The position numbers were made by a program, and so were the translations under genes. The notes beneath the pieces were generated by a model that was not told where the DNA came from, searched no databases, and saw nothing but the letters and a program-made list of their open reading frames with translations. DNA of 64,000 nt from contig NW_013657642.1 of NCBI RefSeq assembly GCF_000142905.1, positions 290,551 to 354,550 of the forward strand. Reading direction: 5' to 3'. Below are positions 22,807-33,549 of the stretch, piece after piece. Within the stretch, counting starts at the first letter, position 1. Every line of letters begins with the position of its first letter. This stretch comes from Thecamonas trahens ATCC 50062. Taxonomy: Eukaryota; Protista; Apusomonadida.

Positions 22807-24300
22807 TCACGCTGTCGACGACGACGGCGATGACGTGTGAACATGCATGACGGCATGGAGAGAAGCTTCCCAGGCGATACGTTCCGAGACGGACGAGGCC
22901 TTAATGACGGTGGATTTCGCCGAGGTAAACCAACCACTCTCACGCTGGCGGAGCTCAAAGGCGCACTCGCCGGCCTTGGGGTGCGGGCCCGGGCGGAGCG
23001 TGTATGCTGGAAGGTAGAGCGAGAGCTCGGGAGCAAGGGTGGCGAGATCAGACGGGGTCTTGTCGGGCGGAAAGTGATGCAGGTAGCCGTAGCACGAGAG
23101 TACAAACAGGTGTGGCTTCCACGAAGTAAAGACGGTGCCGCGCTGGAGCGAGAGCATGCCGTGCTTGAGGATGTGCGGCGAGTTAAACTTGAGGTAGCGC
23201 GAGCCCTTGGTGACGTCGGGGACGGGCGGCTCGGTAAAGCTCTTCTTGGTAAAGGCGTTGACATCAGCCTGGCCGTTGATGGCGCGGGCGAGGGCCTTGG
23301 GCTCGGCTAGCGCGTCCGAAGCCTTGAGGTGGAGGACCTTGCGGGCGGTGGCCATGTCATCGAGGATGGTCTTGAGCGCCGCGCCGCGCTCGACCTCGAG
23401 CTCAGAGTACTTGACAAAGAGGGCGCCCATGGTGTGGCGGTAGGCCGACTCGGCCTTGCGGGCAGACCGAAGGCTCTGCTTGTACTCGTGCTGGGTGAGC
23501 CACGGATCGGCGGCCTTGGCGGCCTTGGCCGACGCTGATGCCTCGTCGCGGAATTGGGTGACCTTGGCGTGGCGGGCGTAGTGCGCATCGAGCGCAGCCC
23601 GGGCGTCACCGAGCTTGTTGGTTGCCGCCGCGATGGCCTTTCCGAGCTTGTTCGCGGTAGCAGCGGTCGATTTGGCCAGAGCTTTTGCACGCGGAATGAG
23701 CTCACTCGCCAGCAGCGCGGCGTACTCTTCGTACGCCGCCAGCGAGGTGAGATCGGCCGAGCCGAGGGCAGCCAAGGCGGCACCGATTGAGCCGAGATCT
23801 TCGATGCGAGCCGCTGCTGCCGCCGTCTCCTTCAGCATGTCAGCCATGGCACTCGCTCCAGCTGCATGCTTTTGAAGCAGTTCAACCAGGGCCTGAGAAG
23901 TGGCCACCGCACCACCAAGCCGTTGGATGAGCCGAGAACGATGCTTCTCTTCCCGATCCGCTTGTGCCACCGTCATCCGTGCCCGCGACTCTTCAAACTT
24001 TTCCAGCGCTGCGTGACCTCCACGAGCATCTGCCAGCCGCTTATGAACGTATGCCACATGGTCATTAGGCGGTGGCGCAGTAACGTCGACGGCTGTCCGT
24101 CCTGCCGATGATGATGATGACCTCGCCGCCCCAGCTGAGCTCGATGCTGCCGTCGCCTCACTCTCGCCCGTCTCACCCAAACTCGTTGTCGCCTTCTTGG
24201 TCGGGGAGAAGAGCTCGTCGTCACCGAGAGTGTCTGAGCTTGTCCCGGCTGCTGGGTCGAAGCCGAGCTCGGAGTCTTGGTCGTCGCTGTGAGCGGACAT
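22807..24300 (-). CDS. BAR/F-BAR-like coiled coil + C-terminal PH domain protein (Slm1-like architecture)
   Basis: Long amphipathic helices, then PH (ILKHGMLSLQRGTVFTSWKPHLFVL...SERIAWEASL). Likely start MSAHSDD at 24300. Confidence 0.72.
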   Translation of the reverse strand: MSAHSDDQDSELGFDPAAGTSSDTLGDDELFSPTKKATTSLGETGESEATAASSSAGAARSSSSSAGRTAVDVTAPPPNDHVAYVHKRLADARGGHAALEKFEESRARMTVAQADREEKHRSRLIQRLGGAVATSQALVELLQKHAAGASAMADMLKETAAAAARIEDLGSIGAALAALGSADLTSLAAYEEYAALLASELIPRAKALAKSTAATANKLGKAIAAATNKLGDARAALDAHYARHAKVTQFRDEASASAKAAKAADPWLTQHEYKQSLRSARKAESAYRHTMGALFVKYSELEVERGAALKTILDDMATARKVLHLKASDALAEPKALARAINGQADVNAFTKKSFTEPPVPDVTKGSRYLKFNSPHILKHGMLSLQRGTVFTSWKPHLFVLSCYGYLHHFPPDKTPSDLATLAPELSLYLPAYTLRPGPHPKAGECAFELRQRESGWFTSAKSTVIKASSVSERIAWEASLHAVMHVHTSSPSSSTA

Positions 24301-24726
24301 AGGTAGATGAGTGTGCGTGTGAGAACGTGGCAGTGGGTAGGTGACTGTCGGACAGGAATGATGGGGTGGGGGGTGGGGGGTGGGGCGACGGTAAAAATTG
24401 TTGACAGAAGGAGGATGAGGAATGAGACTGGCATGGGGAAGCGTGAGAGAGGGGGGAAGATGTAAGAGGTGGGGGGGAAGGGGAGGGGGGGGGGGGGGAG
24501 TTGGGAAGAGATGAAAGGGATCGGGGGTTGGGGATGGGTGGAGGTGATGTGATCGGGGGGGGGGAACTGTGTGCCGAGAAAAAGAACAGGAACCGCGGGA
24601 GAGTGGCCAGTGATGGCCGAGTGGCGGTGGTGCGGCGGGATCAGGCTGGCAGCAGAGCGGCGAGAGCCAGGTCGGGAGCTCGGGCACGGGCACGGTCGTA
24701 AGAACCACCACTCAACTCGGGGGGGC

Positions 24727-27219
24727 ATGCCAACCGGAGCAGGAGTCGTCAGCATGTCGTCTACGTCGTATGGTGAGACCAGCAGCTTGGTCAGCTCGTC
24801 ACCTTCGTCCGCTGCTATGCTGTCCTCGTCGGACTGTACCACTTCGACCGGCAGTTTTTCAGCGGCCACCAGCAGCGGCCACAGCAGCGGCAGCAGCGGC
24901 AACGGCAATGGCAGCAACAAGTGGTCGAGGAATGATGATGATGATGATAATGGTGGTGATGAGTCGTACACCTTTATGTATGCCAGTGAGAGCTCGGGCT
25001 CTGTCGAGGCGGCCGAGGTGGCCGAGATCGGTGGTCGTCGGGCTGGTGGTTGGGCTGGTCGTCGGGCTGGTCGTCGTGGCCGGCTGGCAGAAGTTCGTGA
25101 AGAGGCTGAAGAGGTCTCATCGTCGTCGTCGCTCTCGTCGTCGGCTTCGGGACAGACTGCGCTGGAGCTGGCGTACCTCACGCGGAATCTGGAAAAGGAT
25201 ATCAAGCAGAAGATCCAGGTCAAGCAGCTGAAGCGTGAGTTCCGGGGCCAGCTGCTCGAGATGGTTGTGTACTGCGTGTTTCTTGTGGTCTTCTCGCTTG
25301 TTGTGCTCAACTCGCGTGATCCGCTCTACTCGTTCCAGTACAACGACTACATGAAGGACCTGATGCTGTATGAGGAGTTTTCGGGCGACGTGACCAAGAT
25401 CTACAAGACGTTTTTCTCGGTGGCGACGTTTGAGGAGTTCTGGCAGTACATGAAGGGCCCGCTCCTTGCTGGACTGTTCGAGTCGCCCGACGTGGGGCTC
25501 GGGCGCGGATACATTTACGGAGTCAACTACCTGGTGGGCGCGGTGCGGCTCCGGCAGGTGCGCGTGGCGCCGGGCAAGTGCGACATTGTGACCGACTTTA
25601 AGGCCGTCTTTCCGCAGTGCTACGCGCGGTACTCGAGCTCGGCGGTGGAGCGCGGGCCGCACACGCCCAAGCTCAAGCCGTACTTTTCGTCGGACCAGCT
25701 GGGGACGACGCGGCAGGTTGCGCGTCTGCAGTGGTTCGAGGGTGGCGGGTACATTGAGGACTTTTCGATTGCGGACAACACGACGGTGCATGAGGAGCAC
25801 ATGGCAGAGCTGGAGAGCGACGGGTGGGTGGATCTGCAGACGCGCGTGGTGTGGGTCGACTTTACGACGTACAACGCGAACCTCAACCTGTTCCACATTG
25901 CGCAGATGGCGTTTGAGTTTCTGCCTTCGGGCGGCGTTTTTCCATCGTACACCTTCCGGGTGGCGCGGCTGTACAAGTACGCCGACACAGCACTCGGGCG
26001 GGCGCAGCTTGCAGGCGAGATCATCATCATGTTCTTTGTGGTCTGCTACCTCATCCAGGAGGTGTACGAGCTGTGGAAGCACGGGTGCATCGCGTACTGG
26101 CAGAATGGATGGAATGTGATCGACCTGGTCAACATGCTGCTCTTTGTGTGCGTGTTTGGCATCCGCATCGCCATTCTCATCAAGCTCAACAACCTCGAGG
26201 TGGACCCGACGAACACGCGCAAGTTCTACAACTTTCAGCCGATCTCGCTGCTCAACTCTGCCGAGCAAAACATTCTGGCCGTCAACGCGTTTATCCTCTG
26301 GTTCAAGGTCTTCAAGTACACCAAGTTCCTGCCGGGCATGGACATCATTGCCGAGACGGTCTCCAAGTCGATCCGCAACACGGTCTCGTTTGTGGCCATG
26401 ATGGCCTTTGTTCTCTTTGGCTTTGCGCAGGCCGGCGTCCTCGCCTTTGGCACCGACGTCCCGGGCTTCCACACCTTTATCGACACGTTCTTCACCCTCC
26501 TCCGGTCGCTGCTAGGCGACTTTGACTTTGTGGCCATGCAGGAGTCGAACCGAGTCTTTGGGCCGCTCTACTTTGTTGTCTTTATCGTCCTTGTCTTCTT
26601 CATCCTCCTCTCCATGTTCATGGCCATTCTCAACGACGCCTACACCGAGGTTCAGGACACCATCCGCGAGAAGCAGAAGGACAAGGTCAACTTGCTCCAC
26701 GTCTTTGGCTCGTGGATTAAGGACCGCACGCAGGTCTTCCAGCAGGAGGAGGACGACGCTCAGGAGCTGCAGGACGCCATTGTCGAGGGCGACCAAGACG
26801 ACAATGACCTCCTCGACCGCGACGAGATCGAGACCATCTTCAAAAAGTACAAGCGCGAGGCCAAGCAGCTGCTTGGCGTTAACAACGCCGAGGAGCTGCT
26901 CCGCGAGTTTGACACCGACGGCGACAATTTGCTCGATGTCGAGGAGCAGCGCAACCTGCTCCGCAACCTGCAGCAGCGCAAGCTCCAGGCCCAGGTCAAG
27001 AAGCACGAGCTCCATGCCACGGGCGACATCTCGGGCCCGCCGGCCGTGCTCGACGGCGACAAGCTCGACTCGGAGTTCTCCTCCTACATCATGTCGCTCA
27101 AGCGCGATCTGAGCCACTTCCACGAGCGCCTCTCCAAGATGGACAAGCATATGCGCATCCTCATGCGCGAGATTGCGCCAGCGTCGGGCTCGTCATCGTC
27201 GTCGTCGTCGTCGTCGTAA
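24727..27219 (+). CDS. PKD2: Polycystin-2 (TRPP) cation channel; start uncertain
   Basis: TOP domain (GAVRLRQVRV, GWVDLQTRVVWVDFTTYNANLNLF), 6 TM, pore LRSLLGDFDF, FMAILNDAY, EF-hands (DQDDNDLLD, DTDGDNLLD), coiled coil. Confidence 0.95.
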   Translation: MPTGAGVVSMSSTSYGETSSLVSSSPSSAAMLSSSDCTTSTGSFSAATSSGHSSGSSGNGNGSNKWSRNDDDDDNGGDESYTFMYASESSGSVEAAEVAEIGGRRAGGWAGRRAGRRGRLAEVREEAEEVSSSSSLSSSASGQTALELAYLTRNLEKDIKQKIQVKQLKREFRGQLLEMVVYCVFLVVFSLVVLNSRDPLYSFQYNDYMKDLMLYEEFSGDVTKIYKTFFSVATFEEFWQYMKGPLLAGLFESPDVGLGRGYIYGVNYLVGAVRLRQVRVAPGKCDIVTDFKAVFPQCYARYSSSAVERGPHTPKLKPYFSSDQLGTTRQVARLQWFEGGGYIEDFSIADNTTVHEEHMAELESDGWVDLQTRVVWVDFTTYNANLNLFHIAQMAFEFLPSGGVFPSYTFRVARLYKYADTALGRAQLAGEIIIMFFVVCYLIQEVYELWKHGCIAYWQNGWNVIDLVNMLLFVCVFGIRIAILIKLNNLEVDPTNTRKFYNFQPISLLNSAEQNILAVNAFILWFKVFKYTKFLPGMDIIAETVSKSIRNTVSFVAMMAFVLFGFAQAGVLAFGTDVPGFHTFIDTFFTLLRSLLGDFDFVAMQESNRVFGPLYFVVFIVLVFFILLSMFMAILNDAYTEVQDTIREKQKDKVNLLHVFGSWIKDRTQVFQQEEDDAQELQDAIVEGDQDDNDLLDRDEIETIFKKYKREAKQLLGVNNAEELLREFDTDGDNLLDVEEQRNLLRNLQQRKLQAQVKKHELHATGDISGPPAVLDGDKLDSEFSSYIMSLKRDLSHFHERLSKMDKHMRILMREIAPASGSSSSSSSSS

Positions 27220-27344
27220 AAGGTGATGCACAACCGAGAGGCGAGCGGAGCAGGGATGTTTTTACCTCGTTGCAATGCGTGCCACAACGAGAGCCATGGC
27301 GGGGGCGAAAGGGGAGAGCAAAGTCATCCAAGTCAACATGTACA

Positions 27345-27772
27345 TCATGTCTTGCCTCTGTTGTAGTGGGCGTCAGACTTTGTGTGGCCGACGTTGATGA
27401 TCTTTGGACAGCCTTCACGGGAACGTTCGAGGAGGCAGCACTCCTTGCAGTAGTAAGCATCGGCCTCACCTCGCCTGCCACAGACGAGACAAGCCTCTTG
27501 ACCCTTTCCAAAGGCACACTCATCACAGATCCTCACAATCTCAGCAAGCCGAACAAACGAGTCGCACACCACACATCGTCCGTCACATCGATCACATACT
27601 CTTCCAATACTGATCCCTGTCTGCTTGTGGCAAGGAATGAGATCAGGATCTACACAATTGACCAGCCATGATCCACGTATCTCCATCATGAGTAAGAGGA
27701 GGGGGGGGGGCAGGGGGGGGGCAGGGGGGGGAGGGCGGGGGGAGGGGGGGGGGACGTACGATGGCGAGCCAT
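27345..27772 (-). CDS. PHF5A: SF3b subunit PHF5A/Rds3; exons 27772-27760 and 27649-27345 (105 aa)
   Basis: Splicing GTACGT...TAG (27759-27650) restores MARHHPDLIPCHKQ; triquetra Zn-knot CxxC pattern and DAYYCKEC...GCPKIINVG. Confidence 0.93.
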
Positions 27773-27904
27773 GAGGGGCGGAGAAGGAGGTGACTGGTCC
27801 GGATGGGGTGGGTGTGGGGGGGGTGGGGTGGAGAGAGGAGGTGAGGTGAAGGGATGGAGGGGTGGGGGTGGTGGGGGTGGTGGGGGTGAGGGTGAGTGAG
27901 GTGT

Positions 27905-27985
27905 TCGTCGGTCCTCGTCGTCGTGTCGTGGTCGGTCCTCGTCGTCGTGTCGTGGTCGGTCCTCGTCGTCGTGTCGTGGTCGGTG
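27905..27985. repeat. 24-bp tandem repeat x3 upstream of PHF5A
   Basis: gtcggtcctcgtcgtcgtgtcgtg repeated three times. Confidence 0.9.
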
Positions 27986-28508
27986 GCGGAGTGGGTGGTG
28001 CCAGCTGTGCCCAAGGCGACACGATGGAGTGATGCGAAGATGATATGATGATAAGATGACGGGGGGTACTTGGAGGGGAGGGGAGGGGAGGGAAGGGGAG
28101 GGGAGGGGAGGGGAGGGGGGAGGGGAGGTGATCAGAGGTGATCATGACGAGGCTATTGTGACAGCTGTGTCAATGGATATGCTGAAGGTGTGCTGAAGGT
28201 TGATATGATGGCGATGTTGACAATCAGGCAGATGATGGGCAGGATGTTGGTGAGGATGATGAGACCGAGACAGCCATGACATACCACACATACCATGAGC
28301 TCGGCGTGACGGTCTGGCACCTGCAGGCGACGGCGACGGCGAACGGCGACGGTGACGGCGAACGGCGACGGCGGTGGCGACAGCGATGGCGGACAGATGA
28401 CTAACTCTGTCGATAAGCACGTGACTCTCTCGCTACCCACGCCGACGGTCCCCACCTTACCTTCCGTAACAGGTATATAACTGTACCGCGTGTTTGTGCA
28501 GGGAGAGC

Positions 28509-29843
28509 ATGCCTTCAAGGTCGTGGCTGGTGAGCGAGCTGGCTGACGAGATTCTGGTGCTGGTCATCCAAGAGTTGGAGGCAAAGGATGTGCGGGCGTT
28601 GGCAAGCAGCTGTACCAAGATGTGGCGGTTGTGTATGGATCAAGTGGCATGGAGGAAACGGGTTAATGACCTTCTTCATTCTGCTGATGATGGTCATGGC
28701 CTGGGCCGATGGATGATCTCGTTGTTGGCCGATCTTCGCCAGGCTGAGCTGCCTGAGGATGTCATTCATCGATTCTTGTCGGTCACCTCGTTGCCGTTGG
28801 CAAAGCTCGCCTTTGCTGAGGCCTGGTTTCTGGATGAATGCAGGGCGTGTCCAGACTATGGCGGAGGTCTGCTCTCGCCGGTTGTGGTGGGGGTGGGGGC
28901 GGGCGTGGGCTCCAGCGATGACGATGCCGACGCGGTCGAGCGGCGGTGGCGCGTCGAGCTGGTGGTGGACGAGAGCAGCGCCACGGGCACAAACCCGCGC
29001 ATCGAGCTCGGCCACGTCGAGCTGAGGCTGGATGCTTCTCAGGATGAGGTTGGATACCAAGGCCGGCCGGCAGTCGAGGTGGTGGCGGCAGTGGCGGCCG
29101 GCGGGCGGTTTGCCTTTGGCCTCGACGAGGCGTACGCGCACGTCACCAATGCCGCCGGCGACGCGGTCGACGTCTTGCCGCTGCCTGCATCAGATACAGA
29201 GCCTAGGCTTGTAACCTTTGTCTCGGATGCTGTCGCGGCGCATCTGACAGGTACTTTTGTGCCGCTGCCGGAGCAAGTGGCGCGAGCGGCTCTGCCAACC
29301 GGCGCCGCGGTCGACGCGCGTGATCTCGTCGGCCTCTACGCCTCGCTGTATGGCGAGCATGGTCCAGAGCTCATCGCTGTGGTTGTCATGGAGGTGCCGG
29401 CTTTGGAGGCGGCACACGCCGACGCCGCGCCGTCGTGGCCTGTCTGGCCACTCCCGCCCAGCCCGCTGTATCTCCCGCCGGACCAGCACAAGCACGCGCT
29501 GGTTGGCTTCAAGATCTTTGGCGATCCCAATGTGCCGGCGTGCGCCCCGACGTTTGCCTTTGGCCTCGGCATGGACGACGAGCTGCGGCTGGAGTCGGAG
29601 AATGTTGCGACAACGAGTAATGGCCCTGCCGACGGGCTGCGAGTTCTGCACGGATGCGGGCGCATCGCTATGACCGGCTATCGCCAGTCATCGTGGTCGC
29701 CGGCTGTGCTTGTCCTCTCACCGCAAATACCCGATCGGCTAGCCGTGACCTGGCTTGCGCTCAACGCCACCACCAATCTGTACAACCGCTTGAGTGTGTC
29801 GAGCGTCTTCTTGTTGTCCGATCTGGCTGTGGATCTGGAGTAA
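28509..29843 (+). CDS. F-box protein with C-terminal DUF3506/cyclin-D1-binding domain (FBXO31-like)
   Basis: F-box ELADEILVLVIQELEAKDVRALASSCTKM; GLYASLYGEHGPELI, KIFGDPNVPA and GRIAMTGY motifs. Confidence 0.8.
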   Translation: MPSRSWLVSELADEILVLVIQELEAKDVRALASSCTKMWRLCMDQVAWRKRVNDLLHSADDGHGLGRWMISLLADLRQAELPEDVIHRFLSVTSLPLAKLAFAEAWFLDECRACPDYGGGLLSPVVVGVGAGVGSSDDDADAVERRWRVELVVDESSATGTNPRIELGHVELRLDASQDEVGYQGRPAVEVVAAVAAGGRFAFGLDEAYAHVTNAAGDAVDVLPLPASDTEPRLVTFVSDAVAAHLTGTFVPLPEQVARAALPTGAAVDARDLVGLYASLYGEHGPELIAVVVMEVPALEAAHADAAPSWPVWPLPPSPLYLPPDQHKHALVGFKIFGDPNVPACAPTFAFGLGMDDELRLESENVATTSNGPADGLRVLHGCGRIAMTGYRQSSWSPAVLVLSPQIPDRLAVTWLALNATTNLYNRLSVSSVFLLSDLAVDLE

Positions 29844-30058
29844 TGCACAACTGCAGCAGACGCGAGCATACAGGTTGAGGTTAGCGACGGCATTAGCCCT
29901 GGTAACTTGCTGAGCAGCGAGATGCTGTCGTCATCAGAAAGAAACGAAGGTAGCTATTGGCGGGCCTGGGCCGATGATAGTGCAACTGATGTCAGCCACA
30001 CCACTGCTGCCGATCTCAACATTAGCCACCTGACTCTCTTTGTCTGTCCCCCCCCACC

Positions 30059-31444
30059 ATGTCCACATCGACCAATCCGCCTGCGTCTGTTCAGGCTGCA
30101 GCGCTTGCTGATGTGCGGTCCACGACCGATCTTGGTGCAGACCTAGCCAACAAGGACCTTCCCCTTGCTGACCGTTTTCGTGTTCTCTTCACCCTCCGTA
30201 ACATTGGTGGTGAGGATGGTGTCGCTGCTATTGCCCGTGGTACGTTCCTCCGCCTAATTGCTCGCCTGCCCATGGATGGGCGTAAGATGGAGTGCCACTT
30301 TGCCGCGGCAGGGGGGGAGATTGGCCGAGACGGCGAAGGCTCTGGAAGGAGTATTATAGATATTTGGGGAGACCTTTTTGGCTTGCGGCATGCTGTATTT
30401 GTGTTGTACCTCATTACTTAGTTTGGAGGTGGTGGGTGGGTGTGGGCGGTCATGGGAGTGCTCGTGGTGGAGGGGAAGGGGGGGGGAGGACTCGGAAAGG
30501 CGGTGCCGTGCGTTCATTCGTTCGAAGGATTCCGCCATTGACGACAGCAGGCCGATGGGGGGGGGGGGAGGCTGGGGATGGTGATGATGATGTGTGACTC
30601 ATGAGATTGTGATCTGTGTTGTGGGATATGTATGTGGGGGGGGGGGTGGGGGGGGTGTATGGGGCTGGGGAGGATAGCTTTTGAGGACGATTCCGTGCTT
30701 CTCAAGCACGAGGTGGCGTATGTGCTCGGGCAAATGAAGGATCCGGCGGCTGTGGAGACGCTGCTCAAGGTGCTGGCTGACGAAGACGAGGACCCGATGG
30801 TCCGGCACGAGGCTGGTGAGGCGCTGGGTGCTATTGGCGATGAAAAGGCGCTTCCTGCGCTCGTCAAGTACGCGGAGCACGAGGATCCGGTCATTGCCGA
30901 GACGTGCGCGCTCGCGGTGGCGCTCATCGAGTGGACCAACTCGGAGGAGGGCAAGGCGCAGCTGGAGTCAGGCGAGCTGGGCGAGAACCCGTATCTGTCT
31001 GTGGATCCTGCGCCACCCGCGGCGCCGACCGCGTCTGTGGCGGAGCTGAAGGAGACGCTCAACAACGCGGACGCCTCACTCTTTGCCCGGTACCGGGCGC
31101 TCTTTGCACTGCGTAACGAGGGCTCGGACGCTGCTGTCGAGGCCATCTGCTCAGCCTTTGACGACGCCTCGGCGCTCTTCCGCCACGAGCTGGCCTACGT
31201 TCTCGGCCAGATGCAGTCGCCGGTTGCGGTCGATGCCCTCGCCAAGGTTCTCAAGGACGGCTCGGAGCATTGCATGGTCCGCCACGAGGCCGCCGAGGCC
31301 CTCGGTTCCATCGCCCACGATGACTGCCTCCCGCTCCTCCAGACCCACCAGTCTGATGCTGAGCGTGTCGTCTCCGAGTCGTGCCAGGTTGCCCTTGACA
31401 TGGCCGATTACGAGGCCTCGGGCGCGTTTGAGTACGTGGCGTAG
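30059..31444 (+). CDS. DOHH: Deoxyhypusine hydroxylase; exons 30059-30239 and 30678-31444
   Basis: RFRVLFTLRN and four HE iron-binding motifs (KHEVAY, RHEAGE, RHELAY, RHEAAE). Intron GTACGT...ATAG joins the exons in frame. Confidence 0.96.
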
Positions 31445-32107
31445 TTTACAATGAAGACAACCGATCAGACCGATAATGAAGGGAGCCAACTGGTTCCATC
31501 TTGCTGCAGATCGTGTCGACGATGCATGACCTTGCCCTTTGTCAACCGTGGTTGCTCCTGGTGAGCAAGCAAGTGCAGTTGGAAGATCGCCGAAAAAGAG
31601 ATGGCGAGCGAAAAGATGGCGTTCCACGGGACGTTTACTCTGTTGCCAGCGATCAAGACAGATGAAAGAGGTACATCACCCTGTGCTCATTATGGCCCAG
31701 GTACCAGCCAATGACACAGATCAAAGTGTAGAGAAGTGAGTCTTTCAAGTATTCATGTGGTTACGGGCATGAGAGCAAGACCGCGGTATTCTCCGAGCTC
31801 GATCCTACAAGATGCGGTACACTGTGCTCTATCGGCGTGGCCTGATCAACCGCAGCCATGTAGCATCCGCACCATGTCTTGTGGTGACTCAATGACTATG
31901 ATTGAGCTCGATCGAGCCCGATCGAGCTAAACTCGCAGCAGATGGATGCGACTCGCGGTGACAGGTGCGTGTCATTGTTCAGGATGCTGACTACACGAAC
32001 AGTGCGTGAAAAGGAGCAGGTGTAGACACAGGCGCAGGCGCGGGACGAGCCAGTGTCACACACCTCTCCAAGCCCTTCACCCCCTCTCACCACAAGTCTG
32101 ACTCATC

Positions 32108-32702
32108 ATGTCCAGCCGGCGTAACACGGTGTTTGTGGCCAACATTGCCATGAGTGTCTCTCCTGGTGAGGTCGAGGCCGCCTTGTCACAGGCCGGCGAG
32201 GTGGCTTCGGTACAATTCACAACAACTGCGTATGTTTGCTCTGTGCATTTTGAAGATAATGATCTCCGCCTTGCCTGCCGTCTGCTATACCATGTTCTCT
32301 TGCTCTCCTCCCCACAGTGTGTGTGTGTGTGCGGGGGTGGTGGTGGTGGTGGGGGGGCGGTGTGTGATCGATCGCGGAGGGGGGGGAAGGGGGGGTGATC
32401 GGCCAAGATGATCACCCAGGTGCAGAGAAAAGCCTTCAAATCAGGATCGCATGGCGGCAATTTGAGCGGGATGTGGGCGGAATGCCGAGGATTAGCGGGA
32501 TGGAGAGAGGGTTTTGCGGCGAAGAAGGGTGGTACTTACTGAGTGTGCGACCTGTGACTGTGTTTCTGGCTTCAGATCGGGCAAGCATCGCGGGTTTGGC
32601 TACATCGACTTTACCACCCGCGAGGCAGCTGTGGCCGCCACCGAGTTGGAGGGTCTCGAGCTCGGCGGAAAGCCCATCCGTATCGATCTCTGTGAAAAGT
32701 AG
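32108..32702 (+). CDS. Small single-RRM RNA-binding protein; exons 32108-32229 and 32576-32702 (3' end may be extended by further splicing)
   Basis: RNP2 VFVANI and RNP1 RGFGYIDF, joined by a GTATGT...TTCAG intron. Confidence 0.8.
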
Positions 32703-33035
32703 AGGGAGCTGGATAACAGTGACACGCCCCCACAGCATCGTCCTGTCCGTTCGATCGCCTACTTCACTTTGCTCGCCCCCGCTTGCTCGACGTCGATCGC
32801 ATCTGTCACCATCCAGCGCCTGGACATGGGCAGGCCCTTCTTCCCCCCCCCCCCCCCTCATCATGACCATCACCCGATAGCCATCATGTCGCTCACTCGA
32901 AAACTATCAACAACAAATGATCTGATCCGTTGGAGACGGTGTGTGTGTGTGTGTGTGGGGGGGGGGGGGGGCGGGGGGCGAGCACCATCACCAGCATCAG
33001 CAATTGCCGCGACTGCTTCGAGTCGCTAACACTCG

Positions 33036-33364
33036 CGGCCGGCTGATCGGAGCAAAGCGGCTGACACCTTACTTCGCTAAGAGCTCCGATGGCGTCGGCA
33101 CAGTCGGCTCTGACGGAGCGGGAACCCACCCGCCCACCCTTTTGATGCCGATGCGCGACGACGATGACGACGGGCGGTCCTCTGGGCGCCCAATTCTTAC
33201 CTTGATCCCGTGTGTACGCGAGCTAGTGACAGGCGCTCATGTACACGCGGATCACTGGGACAATTAGCACGATGTGGAGGCAAAGATGGCCAACACAGTA
33301 AATGCGAGGTAATCTCAAGCTGTCGAGCCAGCGGAGAGCGACCGCTCGGCCGGCAACCGAGAGA
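33036..33364 (+). repeat. Dispersed repeat family, copy 1 (longest)
   Basis: Aligns by eye with 56946-57180 (+) and 58983-59251 (-); shared blocks include ccttacttcgct, gcacgatgtg, cacagtaaatgcgagg and gagcgaccgctcggccgg. Confidence 0.88.
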
Positions 33365-33549
33365 GAGAGAGAGACCCTCTCCAAATTGCCTGTCACGTTT
33401 TTCGCGCTCACCAAAGAGCGGCAGCCCAAAGTGGTGGCGAAGAAGGCGAGGCAAGAGACGGGCAAAGGGGGTGCAGAGGGGAGGCAGAGAGAACGGAAGT
33501 TGCCAAGCCAACTCATCTCACTCTCAAGGGAGGTTGCTCAATTGGAAGC

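Noticed and set aside
27690-28130. Poly-G and GGGGA tracts as telomeric or specific G-quadruplex elements
   Set aside because: Similar G/C runs occur in most introns and intergenic regions of the window and lack a fixed telomeric unit.
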